Assembly: GCF_006345805.1 (NCBI RefSeq)
Contig: NC_043005.1
Location: 42,656,001 to 42,720,000 of the forward strand
Source: Octopus sinensis
Taxonomy: Eukaryota
Direction of reading: 5' to 3'
Length of the DNA: 64,000 nt
Shown in pieces: positions 11,851-25,249 of this stretch. Each line of letters begins with the position of its first letter. Position 1 is the stretch's first letter. Below the pieces are notes generated by a model. It worked only from the letters and a program-made list of their open reading frames with translations. It had not been told where the DNA came from and searched no databases. The translations under genes were made by a program, and so were the position numbers.

Positions 11851-12281
11851 CCTGCGCGTATATGTAGTAGACTACCCAAGTTTCTCTGTCGTAGACGTCC
11901 CAAGTTTAATGCAAAACTTCACGTTGGCTCTTTGTTCCAACTTCCTGTCTATGACAACATTGCAGACTATAGTATACACGTCATAACAAAAACACGAATT
12001 TCACAACATGCGAAGTAAACACAGGAATGTCACTCGGCACACTGCTTCATGAAGATCACTGCTACATCTTATTCAGCTCGCAAACGTAAGCTGCCATCTG
12101 TTGGTGCGCTATAGAACTAGTCCAGGACCTTTTTGATGCCACATAAAAAATTCTACATCAAAGAATACTAGGGTGCTTATCCAGTAGAAACACGTGTCGA
12201 ATTGGAATTTAATGAGAATAATACTGTAATAAACAAATTTTGAAGATGTGCCATTCTCCGTTCTACTTTATGATGGTTTGG

Positions 12282-12325
<44 letters not shown>

Positions 12326-13150
12326 ATATCCCCGGCCCTCTAAATGATTTCCCCCTACAAAATTCATTCACAAAGCATATAGTAAGTTTAGGGCCATAGT
12401 AGAGGACACTAGCAAAAGTATCAATTAGGTACACTGGGATTGAACCCGAAAGACCCTGGTTACGAAGAGAACTTCTTAACCACATGACCCTGCTTAGTAA
12501 AATTTTTAAAAGCTAAAAGGAAAAAGAAAATATTTCTTGTTACTTATGAGAGATCAAAATAGTTATTGAAATAATCTGTAAAACAAGCAAACAAACTAGA
12601 TATTAACGACGCCTATGATTTCCTTTTTTAGTAAATTATCGAAACATAAATAAAGTGTCATTACCTATGATATTTGCAGGCCCTCAGGGATCAATGGTAT
12701 CGGTGAACAAGAAATATATAATAATTCTATTAATAAATTTTATCTATCGATGATATCCAATATCCAGTGTTTACTGATTTCTCTCACTTCTTTATATTGC
12801 TGAGGAAAGTATAAACAGCATCACTCCCATTTGCAGATTTATTGTGTGACAAACCCATTGTTTGTAAAACTGCTACCAGCAGTATTGAATCAATTGACTC
12901 CACTAATGGAACTTGCACGAAATAAATAAGTATTGATAAATTGATTCGTTATAATTTGTTTATTTTTCAACTGGAGCCATTACATTTTGTAACCAATTAT
13001 AAAACCATATACAAAGCAATGACGTAAAAATATATGTGTGCAGTATAGTTTATCTGTGAAAATATTCAAAAGTCAAATAAACATATCCATGACTTAATCT
13101 AGTTTACCAATCTAATGAATAATATATACTTGGGTCCAAATTCGTTATAT

Positions 13151-13388
13151 ATATTTCTTTACTGCCCACAAGGGGCTAAACACAGACAGGACAAACAAGG
13201 ACAGACAAACGGATTAAGTCGATTACATCGACCCCAGTTCCTAACTGTTACTTAATTTATCGACCCCGAAAGGATGAAAGGCAAAGTCGACCTCGGCGGA
13301 ATTTGAACTCAGTATGTAACGGCAGACGAAATACGGCTACGCATTTCGCCCGGCGTGCTAACGTTTCTGCCAGCTCGCCGCCTTCCTG
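13151..13388 (-). mobile_element. tRNA-derived SINE, family 3 (head GGCGGCGAGCTGGCAGAAACG), monomer
   Basis: B box GAGTTCAAATTCC; 12-bp TSD AATTCGTTATAT at 13139-13150 and 13389-13400. Confidence 0.92.
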
Positions 13389-14617
13389 AATTCGTTATAT
13401 TGCATACAGACAAACACCGTAACTGCCCACATGCATGTATATGTACACACAAGATATATACAGAGTATACACACATACATACACGCACATACACACACAC
13501 ATACTAACACAAATCCGCACAAGCCACTCGAAAGCATAGTACATTGTTTGTACGCATGCCTGGTTACAGATGTAAGTACTTGCACACATACAAACGCAGT
13601 TATGTAAATAAAAGTTATATTCTTTATTGTAATTATATCAGGGTTGAGTATATATAGAATTATACATTTATACAGAACGTATATGGGAAAAGTCAGAAAG
13701 CGTCATATAATTAGACGACTATTTCCTTTTCTTTTTGAATAATTCAAACAGAAGGAGGAAGGGGGCTAGTATATCTTTTATCCAGACCGCCATGACTGAT
13801 GAAAGAAAAGAGAGGATTTAATCGCAATTTGTTAACCTAACTCGAAGTCATGCAACATACAAAACTCGCCTGAGGATACTTAATGGCTAGTTGAATAGGT
13901 GTAAATCCGCTGACATATTGATTTATAAACGTTGTATCATCCAACAAGACAAACGGACGCTTCGATAGGCCTCAGTACAGTTTCTTCATTCACAAAACTT
14001 TAGCTGACTTGTTGTCATCATGGTACAAGTCACATGTTCAAGTCTTCTTGGAGAACCTCCAGCCTGAAATCATGTGGTTGTGAAAAGAGACCTTCTTAGC
14101 TACACAGCCACACATGCAAGTTGTACAAGACTTCTGTTTGTTGGTTTTTCTGCACTTATGAAATAACTTAAAATAAGTTTTCTCTTCGTATTACCAGTAT
14201 GTTTGGCACTTAGTACTTATATTTATTTCTATGCCTAAGTTAAATTGTTTCATCGCTAATCTCCTACCGAACACATTGTGTAAATTTGTCAATAAACAAT
14301 AAAAACATATGTACTAAAATATGCCATTATTTTCCATTCTATAACAACTTTTATGTAACAAATGCGCGTTTTACAGTGTATTTTGAAATTCTTATGCAGG
14401 TGATTCTTGAAATATGCTCAAAAGGTGTTTGTAGCATATTCTACTAAAACTGCATTGAGAACAATTATAATTGTATGCCAGTTATTACATCAGTTGGGTG
14501 TGTAGACTGAATAAATCTCTGAAGTTGTTGCGTCTAACAAGTAATGGCAGACGCCATTAGAAAAACTTATATCTATTTGCAAAGAAGCCTTCACTTTCAT
14601 CGCTACCTGGTGGTTAC

Positions 14618-14660
14618 CGCCCGTTGACGAGGGACAACAATCCCGAAACTAGTTCGAGCG
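14618..14660 (+). ncRNA. Minimal type-I hammerhead ribozyme motif (C3U core, palindromic stem III)
   Basis: CGCCCG-UUGACGA-GGGA(CAACAA)UCCC-GAAA-CUAG-UU-CGAGCG: stem I 5 of 6 bp, stem II perfect, stem III palindrome ACUAGU. Confidence 0.72.
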
Positions 14661-14963
14661 TATCACTCAGGCTTGCGAGGAAGGGATGGCCTCCCTTTGC
14701 AAATACTTCAAGGACACAGATATTGTGTCTAGAGCCAGCTAGAGACAAAGATCTCTTGGGGCTATAAAGCTACAGTAACACCCCCTCCCCAATGTGGTTA
14801 GCCATGATAAGATGGCTTCTATACTTTACATTATCGAGCGATTACTGTTTCAATCTCATTCTGAGATTTAAGTATGCTATATATATATGTATATATATAT
14901 ATATATAAATACATACATACACACACACGCATATATGTGTGTATATATGTATGTGTATATATG

Positions 14964-15022
<59 letters not shown>

Positions 15023-15112
15023 TGTTGTATTTAGGAATGGTCATTTTGCCAGTTTAGCCAATAAAAACACACGCACCATTTGCAAAACAAATATATAAAC
15101 GTAAAATATATA

Positions 15113-15505
15113 TCTTCTTCTCCTTCTCCTTCTTATTCTCATTCTCCTTCTTCTTCTTCTTCTCCTTTTCCTTCTTCTTCTTCTTCTTCTTCTTCTTCTT
15201 CTTCTTCTTCTTCTTCTTCTTCTTCTTCTTCTTCTTCTTCTCCCCTTTCTCTTTCCTAACTTTATCACTAATGCTTTTTAGTATAACACCTACGCAAATT
15301 CTATAAACAAAACATTCAATAGAAATATTTTCATGAATTGAACAGCAACTGCTAGCCTCCACTGACCATTCAAAATATTACAATCATGGCACTCCCAAAT
15401 TCTTCGTCTTCTACTTCCCCTTCTCCTCCCTCTTCTTCTTCTTCTTCTTCTTCTTCTTCTTCTTCTTCTTCTTCTTCTTCTTCTTCTTCTTCTTCTTCTT
15501 CTTCT
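15113..15505. repeat. Two (TTC)n tracts (about 15113-15241 and 15431-15505)
   Basis: Direct reading of the sequence. Confidence 0.95.
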
Positions 15506-15769
15506 TCCCTACCAAGAATTCACAACGACCTCGAACCCACAAGAGTAAACAAGAGAAACAGAGACAGGCAGAAACAAGGAAAATGCCACTTGTATTTGAA
15601 CACTATACAAACATTCTTTTAAAAAAACTTTTCTTTTAATTTTCCTAAATTTAATTATTTAATTGTTACAGTTGAAAAAATCTCAACGACCGAAACCGGT
15701 ACTGAAATGTTCTTTATAAAATTATTTTAGCATTTTCTATCTTGACTTGTTTTTCCATATATATATATA

Positions 15770-16794
15770 ATAACAAAATAATAAATAAAACATATGCATA
15801 TATACATACATATATGTACGTACCTACATCTATAAGTATATATACATGTATGGGTACAGGACACCAAAAAAACGTCGAACACAATGAGAAACGAAAACAT
15901 AAAACAAAACCAAGGAAACGGATATTTTTTAAACAACGAAAAAACCGAGTAAAAGACATACAAAACAAGGAAAATTCCCCTTCTTCAGCCGCCTCTGTTT
16001 CGTCTACTCCGTGTTTCGAAGGTAAAGGCGAGACACGACTTCATTGAAACAGTCCTTCCCGCAAAGCAAATTAAATAAAATTTGAGATATTTTGCGGAGG
16101 GGTAAAAGTGGTAACAAAAACAGGACAGTAAAGACAATACAAATAAAAACAGTAAAAGACGGGACAAGGAGAATAACAGTAACACAAACATTAAGGGCTG
16201 TTAAGCCTGAACGAAAGAAAAATTATTTTGAACGCTTTGAAAACGGCTTGAGATGGACAGAGAAAGCCGACTTCACTTGTTGGAAGTAGTAGTCAGGAAG
16301 ACAGTAGACCGCTGGTCACGTGTCAGTGACGGGAGGGAGGGAGGAGGAGGAGGAAGAGGAGGTGGAGTAAGAGAAAAGGAGAGAAAAAAGGGAAGGGTTG
16401 TAGAGAAAACCAGAAAGAATGAAGAATGAGGGAGAGAGAGAGGGACAGTAAGGTTAGAAGAAAGGAAACCAGAAAGAATGAAGAATGAGAGAGGGAGGGA
16501 GACAGAAAGGTTAAGAGTGCGCATTATCATTATTAAGATAAAACTTACTTGGAAATGGATGCGTGGCGTTCCATCATGTTATAACAAAATAATAAATAAA
16601 ACATATGCATATATACATACATATATGTACGTACCTACATTTCTATGTATATATACATGCATATATGGGTACAGGGCACAAAAAAAAACGTGGAACACAA
16701 TGAGAAACGAAAACAAAAACAAAACCAAGGAAACGAACATTTTTTAAACAACGAAAAAAACAGAGTAAAAAGCATACAACACAAGGAAAATTCC
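15770..16794. repeat. About 210-bp direct repeat (15770-15978 and 16581-16794) flanking a 600-bp spacer; a third partial copy at about 55815-55975
   Basis: Shared ATAACAAAATAATAAATAAAACATATGC...GAACACAATGAGAAACGAAAAC...CAAGGAAAATTCC. Confidence 0.88.
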
Positions 16795-17481
16795 TCTGGG
16801 ACAAAGGGTGCTAATCAGCACCAGTGTTGCTAGAAATAAGAGGCAAAACAACTCAATTACCACACCAGAACTATCTTTCGACTGACAAGGGGGACAAGCT
16901 TCCTACGGTCGCAGATATAGTCAGATCATTGATGATTTCGTCTTTTGATGCTTAACGCATTTTAATGCTCATCGGTGAGTATTATCGAGCCAAGGGTTAA
17001 ACTCAGCCCACCTTGTCAGATTTCCGTTGAAATCAAGCGCTGATTTCATAAACGGTAAAAGTGAAAATTATATATAATATAGGTGACTAATTCGCAATTT
17101 CTGCTTTTTAGTTGTAAAATTGCGAATATGCCTCATATAATTAAATATATATATGTGTGTGTGTCTGTGTATGTATATATGTATGTATCTATCTATCTAT
17201 ATTTATACAAACTTGAGTTAGACATCACTTTAATTTATAGCTATACCTAACTTGAGTAAATGGTGGGTCGACGGGGAACCCTGTGCATACAGTGTCAAGG
17301 TACAACATGATATATGATACCGTAGACATGATACCGTAGACATACAAGCTCGTCAAATTTCCCTATTTCTCTGTCGACTGAGAAAATGCTGAGAAAAATG
17401 ATAACGGCCAGCTTTGCGGACGTTATCTTTTTTGCCGTGCTTTGGCACATATAAAATGCACGCACATGCCAATAGAGTAAG

Positions 17482-17519
<38 letters not shown>

Positions 17520-18813
17520 GTATGCATGAATAAGGAGGAAGAGAGAGGGGGATGAGTGGGCAGAAAATTCGTCAAAGAGTGAAACTTCCAAAGTGTACAG
17601 AGAAAATGTTAATGGAAAAACTCGAACTGAAACAAAACAATGGAAGTAAAAAAAAAAAGCACGAACTAACTCTGTTGCTCTTCTTCCTATATTAGCAAAA
17701 GACTGGGCGATGGTGAAGGTGAATTTGATCTTACCAGAAATAATTAATCCTCTCTCATGGACACCAGGGAGCATCAACCAAAGTCTTCGTGTTTATGTAA
17801 TCTGGAACTTTATTCTGGGGGTGAAATCCTTTTTCTGATGCTATGTTCACAGCAGGAATTGAACTCAGTATTACAGACTAACAAAATCTATCTCAAAGCC
17901 CGAATAAAGCTCTCACACTATTTCCATTGTTGAACAGTTTCTAACTACAACACTTATTTATAGATAACTGTTTAGAAGTAAGTATATTCCTTATTCTTGG
18001 ATGCAAGTATCAGAGATGATAGAATTTAACCTATTTGCCAATCGACTAGCCTTATGCTTATTCGGAATACTGTTACTCTTGCTGCAGTTATCAGAATGGA
18101 GTGTCGCTGTTATGCAGGCTGCTTGCACAATTAAACAATAGTCACTATGTACATACGGTAAGGTCAGCTCCTTTGTATTTTCTTAAGGAATATTTGCTGC
18201 TTCTTAAGAAGTATTATGTGATAAATTGAGTTTTCGAAACCAATTGAGCTATACTTTCAACAAAGATAAAAATCACATTATCCCGATAGACAAATAATAT
18301 TTCTATGCTGCTTGTATAAACAATTACGTTCTTTAAACAATTGAGAATTTATGTAAATTTCATACATATCTTAAATTTAATCACTTAAGCAATGACTATG
18401 CAAATTGTTCAATTGAAAATGAAATTGAAATCTGAAAAACTGTCGCATATTAAGAACAATGTCTAATGGTGTTTAATATGGAAACATTTTCCACAATACT
18501 GCCGCAGATAATATATCTAATGCAATAACCCATGATACCGCAAGACAATAGATTATAATGCAAATGTATCTATAATACACACAGAGATTCTAATGCACAT
18601 ATATTGATATGAATGGAGTTAGTCATCACAGTGAGTCAACTGATCAATATGACATTTATTTTAGTAAGTGTGTTAAACGGAGCCAATTACTTCGCTTAGC
18701 ATATGTTTCCATCACCATTGGCTAGGATTAGATATATTAACTCTACGGAAACGAATACCTATCTCCGAGTTTTAATCCTTTGAGTGGATTCGAGTCCTTT
18801 CTGGGGATATTGC

Positions 18814-18844
18814 AATAATAATAATAATAGTAATAATAATAATG

Positions 18845-18901
<57 letters not shown>

Positions 18902-18935
18902 GTAATGATAACAACAACAATAACAATAGTAATAA
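18814..18935. repeat. (AAT)n microsatellite
   Basis: Direct reading of the sequence. Confidence 0.97.
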
Positions 18936-19494
18936 ATATCCTGATGCAGTATCAGGCAGTGGTTCTCATGGATTCTGATCTTAACTGATTGGAAGTGCTA
19001 TCATGTACATTGATTTGTCTTGGTATAAAAGATGAGCTACAGCAAATATTCTGCTCAATACCACAGATTCGTTTGTCAGTTGTTTGACCTTAACAGTTGA
19101 GTATGTCCTTTAGTGGCTGACGATATGTGCATCGCTGATTACGAGCAGAAGTAGTGGGGGAGCATCGTAGTCATGTCTTGAGAGGAATTCTTTGAGGTTT
19201 GGATAATTTACCTTTAGCAACATATGCGTTTCGTTCAACACACTCAAACAACCCTTATTCAGTGACCTTTTGAACGGGATAGGCTGCTCGATCTGAAGAA
19301 AATCCTAACTGGGCCCCACCTGCAAGGTCATGCACTGTTTATCTTGATATGAGATCACCATGTTGCGCACATATGGTTGCGATGCATGTGCCTGGCGTAC
19401 CCTTATCAGACGGGTAGTCATGATGGGTATACTGGGCTTCGTATATTTTACCCTAGTGTCACTTTGATAGCATGCACTGCTCTCTCTTTCTCTC
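18936..19494. mobile_element. About 560-bp non-coding interspersed element flanked by (AAT)n on both sides (class uncertain)
   Basis: More GC-rich than its flanks, sharp (AAT)n boundaries, terminal hairpin CCTGAT-GCAGT-ATCAGG, no tRNA head. Resembles an abundant octopus repeat from memory. Confidence 0.6.
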
Positions 19495-20393
19495 AATAAT
19501 AATAATAATAATAATAATATATTCGTTAGTCATTAACTTTTGGTACTATGGCGAGAAACTGCATCTCACTTAGAACCTATTTAAATCCGGATCGTGCCGT
19601 GAAGTGCATCTTACGCGCAAATATGTAGATATGAACAAGCAGAAAAGATATTAAACGAAAAAAATCCAAAAAGCTACTGATGGCTACAGTTGATTAACTT
19701 GTTATTCTCATTTTCATATATAGCAAGATTTTTTCAAGAATTATGTTGCAAATTCCATCATTTCAAGATTGATCTAGAAACAACCTCGGGCACCTAAGCT
19801 GGGATCTGCGAAATGATATGAGCTTCAGTTTTATTATTTCAGAGATATGTGGTTTGTGGGCTATGAGTTACTTAAAGAGGAAGTGATAGATGATGGGAGA
19901 AAAAAGTTAGCAGTGTTTCGGTTTCATATATAGATATATTTACATAAGTACGACTGTAATGACGTTAGTACTATGCATCGTGAGTACATTGAGAAAACGA
20001 AGAGATGAGTAATCGTTTAACAAAGATAATTATTTGTAAAACTGAGAAATGCAGAACATTGAACTTAATAAACAAGCAAATGAAAATATAATCATTATAG
20101 AGGGTAGCAAACGAAGTCACTTGCATATGTAAATTCTTAATTTGATTCAGTACTAGCTTATGTTTGAAAATGTATTTATCACTTATAGAAAATACAAAAG
20201 ATATTAGGTATATAGTAGGACCTTTTAAAAAGAATATAACGATGGAAGGGTACAGTGAAAATACATAATTTGGTAATATTCCATAGAAAGAGAATTGACG
20301 AAATGCATTTCTTTTATATATCTCCGTATATCGTATCAAACTAAAAGATAGGTTGATATTTTTCTGTAAACGTTCTTAGATGCTTATTTGCCA

Positions 20394-20800
20394 GGCGTAG
20401 CAGTGGCTGTGTGGTAAGTAGCTTGCTTACCAACTACATGGTTCCGGGTTCAGTCCCACTGTGTGGCATCTTGGACAAGTGTCTTCTTCTATAGACGCGA
20501 GCCGACCAAAGCCTTGTGAGTGGATTTGGTAGACGGAAACTGAAAGAAGCCCGTCGTATAAATGTATATATGTATGTTCATGTGTATATGTTTGTGCGTC
20601 TGTGTTTGTCTCCCCAACATCGCTTGACAACCGATGCTGGTGTGTTTACGTCCCAGTAACTTAGCGGTTCGGCAAAAGAGACCAATAGAATAAGTACTAG
20701 GATTACAAAGAATAAGTCCTGGGGTCGATTTGCTCGACTGAAGGTGGTGCTCCATTATGGCCACAATCAAATGACTGAAACAAGCAAAAGAGTAAGAGAA
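20394..20800 (+). mobile_element. tRNA-derived SINE, family 1, full length
   Basis: A-box-like TGGCTGTGTGGT, B-box-like GGTTCCGGGTTCAGTCCC, internal TA/GT tract, tail ...GACTGAAACAAG(C)AAAAGAGTAAGAG. Confidence 0.9.
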
Positions 20801-22161
20801 TATTGTTTTAGGCTTAGACTATATCATGAATGATATAGACTGAATATATTTTAAAAATACAATAAGCTTAGTTAGGACTGCGTAATAAATGAGACAAGCT
20901 GGATGAAGAGATATGAACAGTAGTATGACTGTAGTATAAATGATATAGCATGGAGTTGGTCTGTGCCATAATTCGATTGGTTAAGAGGCAGAAAAGTGTG
21001 CTATCCAATTCCAAAAAATTGGAATTGGATAGCATTAGTTATATTCTGTAGTTTGTGAAGATATGCAGAGATCTGGTCAAGGGTGTTACTGTTGCAAAGG
21101 AAAGAAGGATTGAATCATTTTTGATAAAACGTTAATATGCAAGCTCGAATACTCTATTGTAATATTTGCGAGTCTGTAATGGAAAGAAATAATAGATTTG
21201 TGGAAAATTTTAGTTTCAGCTTCAAATAAATAAATAAATAAAAGTCCTAAAATCTTTTGGTAAAACTTTGCATATAGAGTGAAAAACAACAAATTACCAA
21301 AAAATTTACTTTTACTGAAAATAGGTAACTTAAAGATAGATCAATCAGGTTTATAAGAAACTATGAAAACAATAGCGTGTTTAGTTTCTCTCTCTTTGAA
21401 AAAATTGTATTATCAGTTCTGTATGCGCTTATAATTATCAGTGCTTATAGAAGTTGTTATGCGTACGTGTATGTGTTTATGTGCTTGTCTGAAGAGGTGC
21501 CTCTGTGCACGCGTGGATGTATGTGTGTGTGTGTGTGTGTGTGAGCATAGGTTCCAGATGCCCGAAAAATAGGGAGCTACACTGAAAGTACGGATTTCTC
21601 CAGTTTCCATTGTTGAGAAAGACAATCTCCGTAAAAGACGGATGGGTTGATATAAATAGCACGTACAAACACATATATTCCATTCTGTCGAGGAAAAGTA
21701 AATGGCACGGCTAATTTAAGTGCTTTCATCTGCTGATATTCTAGCATCGAGATTTTTGTTTCAAATCTTAGCAACTGAACACGAAAAACACAAAAACAAA
21801 AAATATCAATTAGTTTGTGGAAAAAAGTTCTCTTGCAATTATGTTAAAGACTTTCAGGGTTGTTATTTTATATTGGTAGATACGACATTGAACTCCGGAA
21901 ATATTTCTTTTGCAAGGTAGTAGCAGGAATTTCGCTTTCCTAATCAATTTGGAACTGCGGTATGAAAAACCACCCGCCTGCGTATAACATTGAACATTTA
22001 CATCAATAACACGAGATTAACAGCTAGTAGAGGCACTGGAGGTTTTACACATGTAATATATAAAATTTAAACCATATATTCATCATACCTCAAATTAAAG
22101 AACAAATAACCTTACAACACTACAAAACTCAAATAATTTAATGTAGCTATAGCATGCGCTA

Positions 22162-22426
22162 GTGGAGGCGCGTGGCTTAGTGGTTAGGGTGTCAGCACCA
22201 TAATTGTAAGATTGTGGTTTCGATTCCTGGACCGTGCGACGCGTTGTGTTCTTGAGCAAAACACTTCGTTTCACGTTGGTCCAGTCCACTCAGCTGGCAA
22301 AAATGAGTAATGCTACGATGGACTGGCGTCCCGTCCAGCTGGGAAACATACACCATAGAAACCGGGAAACCGGGCCCATGAGCCTGGCTAGGCGTTAAAA
22401 GGGCGCATTTATTTTATTTTATTATT
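22162..22426 (+). mobile_element. tRNA-derived SINE, family 2 (head H2 + tail T2)
   Basis: A box TGGCTTAGTGG, B box GGTTTCGATTCC; 10-bp TSD GCATGCGCTA at 22152-22161 and 22427-22436. Confidence 0.92.
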
Positions 22427-22850
22427 GCATGCGCTACAGGCAAAAGGTAAGCTTCTGACAAGTCGAGACAGCAACCAGGTTTCGATATTCACTTAATGCA
22501 AGTTTACTTCACCTAGTATAATAATATTCTAAAAACGGCATAACATCATCTTATTCCAACTCTACTGTTTCCAGAAATGTCAGTATTTTAAGGCCGACAG
22601 AAGCTAAAATTGCCATATGACTTTAAACAAGGAAGAAAGTTTACATAGGATAGTGTACCACTGCCTAAAAATATATATACTAAATGAAACATATATTTCA
22701 AAATTATAGAAAAGCAAAGAATTAAGGACTTTATATATAGTGACCAGGTGTATCAATGAATGGGTACTGATAACTACAGACCATTTACAGAAAGCAGTGG
22801 ACATACATCTGTGATATTGAAACCCTTATTGAGGATATTAACCCTTATTG

Positions 22851-23258
22851 CAGGCGGCGAGCTGGCAGAAACGTTAGCACGCCGGGCGAAATGCGTAGCC
22901 GTATTTCGTCTGCCGTTAAGTTCTGAGTTCAAATTCTGCTGAGGTCGACTTTGCCTTTCATCCTTTCGGGGTCGATTAAATAAGTACCAGTTACGCACTG
23001 GGGTCGATATAATCGACCTAATCCGTTTGTTTGTCCTTGTTTGTCCCCTGTGTGTTTAGCCCCTTAAGTAGGTATTTCGTCTGTCGTTACGTTCTGAGTT
23101 CAAATTCCGCCGAGGTCGACTCTGCCTTTCGTCCTTTCGGGGTCGATAAATGAAATACCAGTTTCGCACCGGGGTCGATGTAATCGACTTAATCCGTTTG
23201 TCTGTCCTTGATTGTCCCCTCTATGTTTAGCCCCTTATGGGCAATAAAGAAATATATA
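22851..23258 (+). mobile_element. SINE family 3 dimer (full unit + head-less unit)
   Basis: Second unit restarts at GTATTTCGTCTG (about 23070); single TSD AACCCTTATTG at 22840-22850 and 23259-23269. Confidence 0.9.
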
Positions 23259-23819
23259 AACCCTTATTGAGGATATAAAGAAGAAAATATATTGCTCCAT
23301 TTGAGAGTTTTATTTCAAAAACAAATTAGCGACACTCCATTGCATAAATTCTGCAATCTTCATAGAATAAGGGACAGAAAAGGTTATACATGTTTAGTTC
23401 ACGAACAAAAGAAAGCCTATCGAATGTCGAAACAAATTCTTTTGGCGAGGAAATATCTCGGGTGTGGGTGAGTGAACGCAATCTGTCAATCTCTTATGTC
23501 GAGTACGTTGAAAGACATTATAAGAAAATATGTTATGGTAAGAATAAGGTATTAAACTGTTCAGTTTTTTTTTTTAATATTTATAAAAAGTGTATTTATT
23601 ATATTAGTCAATGGAAAATATGTTCCTCTTTTATTCAGCTCGTATATACTAGCCATAAGAATAAATGTGAACACAAACTCAAATACATACGTACGTATGT
23701 GTGTGTGGTATAGCCATATATTTAGATATGTATATATATTATACATACATACATACATACATACATACATACATACATACATACATACATACATACATAC
23801 ATACATACATACATGCATA

Positions 23820-23960
23820 TATATCTCGCCATGCTGAACCGTAGAACTCTACAAATTTTTTTCTTTCTCAGTTTTTTAAAAATTCTTTCTCCGTTTTTTT
23901 TTTCTCTTAATCCTTCCTGTCGAAGCGCGTAGGTTCGAAACGTAAAAGAGTTTTCCAGAT
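23820..23960 (+). mobile_element. PLE pLTR-type module with a degenerate U6-variant HHR motif (23913-23948)
   Basis: CTGTCGAAGCGCGTAGGTTCGAAACGTAAAAG; homologous to about 34985-35100 (-); flanked by (CATA)n and (TA)n. Confidence 0.6.
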
Positions 23961-24017
23961 ATATATATATACAAATATGTGTGTATGTATGTATGTATGT
24001 ATATATATATATAATAT

Positions 24018-24141
<124 letters not shown>

Positions 24142-25015
24142 CATGCATACATCCATATACAGAGATAAGGACAGAAAGTAAGAGAGAGGTCGAGGGACAC
24201 TATTTGTGATTAAATGTTTGTATGTAGGAATTTAACTCACGAGTTAGAATAGTATCCGGAATAGGTTATGCATGATGAAGACAGCATCACATCTAATTTA
24301 AACAGTAAAATATTTGAAGCAATTTATTCGTATTTGACATATTCGTTATAAGTATTTTTCTCAATAAACATCCTATTGCAATGGCTGCCAAATGTTCTCA
24401 GAACGAAGAACACCAACTAATAATTAACCCTTAAAAGTTCGAAGAAGTCATTTTAATATAGAGAAAAAAATGATCAAATTATCTTCTGTGAATAAGCAAT
24501 GCACGTAAAAGGAACAGCATACATTTAATGGTTGTTTGTAAACTAATGAGACACCTGACTTTAATGTGATTTACTAATTTCATTTAGTCCCAGTGGAATA
24601 TTTGATAAAGCGATATGTAGTTCAATTTCCAACGATAATACGCAGTGCTGCGGCTTCGTTTTGATCTTAAATGAATGATGAGACCGTCGTCTCAAAGAAA
24701 TATATGGTAGAAAAGGGAAGTAATGCTTTTAAGGCCTTTTTATGCAATCTCTGGATATTCCTTTTGTGTCGTTATCCAGAATGTGTGAATAGAATATTCG
24801 GAAAATTGTGAATTTAATGAGTTATCAGTGGGTTGGTTTAGTTCTATAGCAGTGAGATTAGCTATATCGTGTGAATCTATTGGTAATGGTACAACTTACC
24901 GTTGGAAATGACTGAAGAGAATTATGAACATGAGACTGCTGTAGTAAAGATACTCACACATTATTCTTTTGTTTTGTTTTTTATTCTTTTACTTCAGTTA
25001 TCTTTATTTTTTTCT

Positions 25016-25215
25016 TCAGTTATTTAACTGCAGTCATGTCGGAGCATCGCCTTAAAGGGTTTTTAGTCGAAAAATCGACCCCAGGACTTGTTCTTTGTAA
25101 GCCTAGTACTTATTATATCGGTATCTTTAGCCGAACCGCTAGATTACGGGGACGCAAAGATGCCAACATCAGTTGTCAAGTGATGGGGGCGGGGACAAAC
25201 ACAGACACAATGACA
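25016..25215 (-). mobile_element. SINE family 1, tail half
   Basis: Matches the 3' half of the 20394-20800 copy. Confidence 0.8.
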
Positions 25216-25249
25216 TATCACACACACACACATATCAATACGCTCAATT

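Noticed and set aside
15041-15622. Poly-Arg, poly-Lys and poly-Ser ORFs
   Set aside because: Translations of (TTC)n tracts.
16881-17045. C/D snoRNA or MITE (TGATGA...CTGA; 13-bp inverted repeat)
   Set aside because: No terminal stem around the boxes, no TSD, single occurrence.
18088-18157. 70-nt candidate exon on the plus strand (similar candidates at 24902-24940 minus and 49069-49170 plus)
   Set aside because: Plausible splice sites and an open frame are expected by chance; they do not assemble into a consistent gene.
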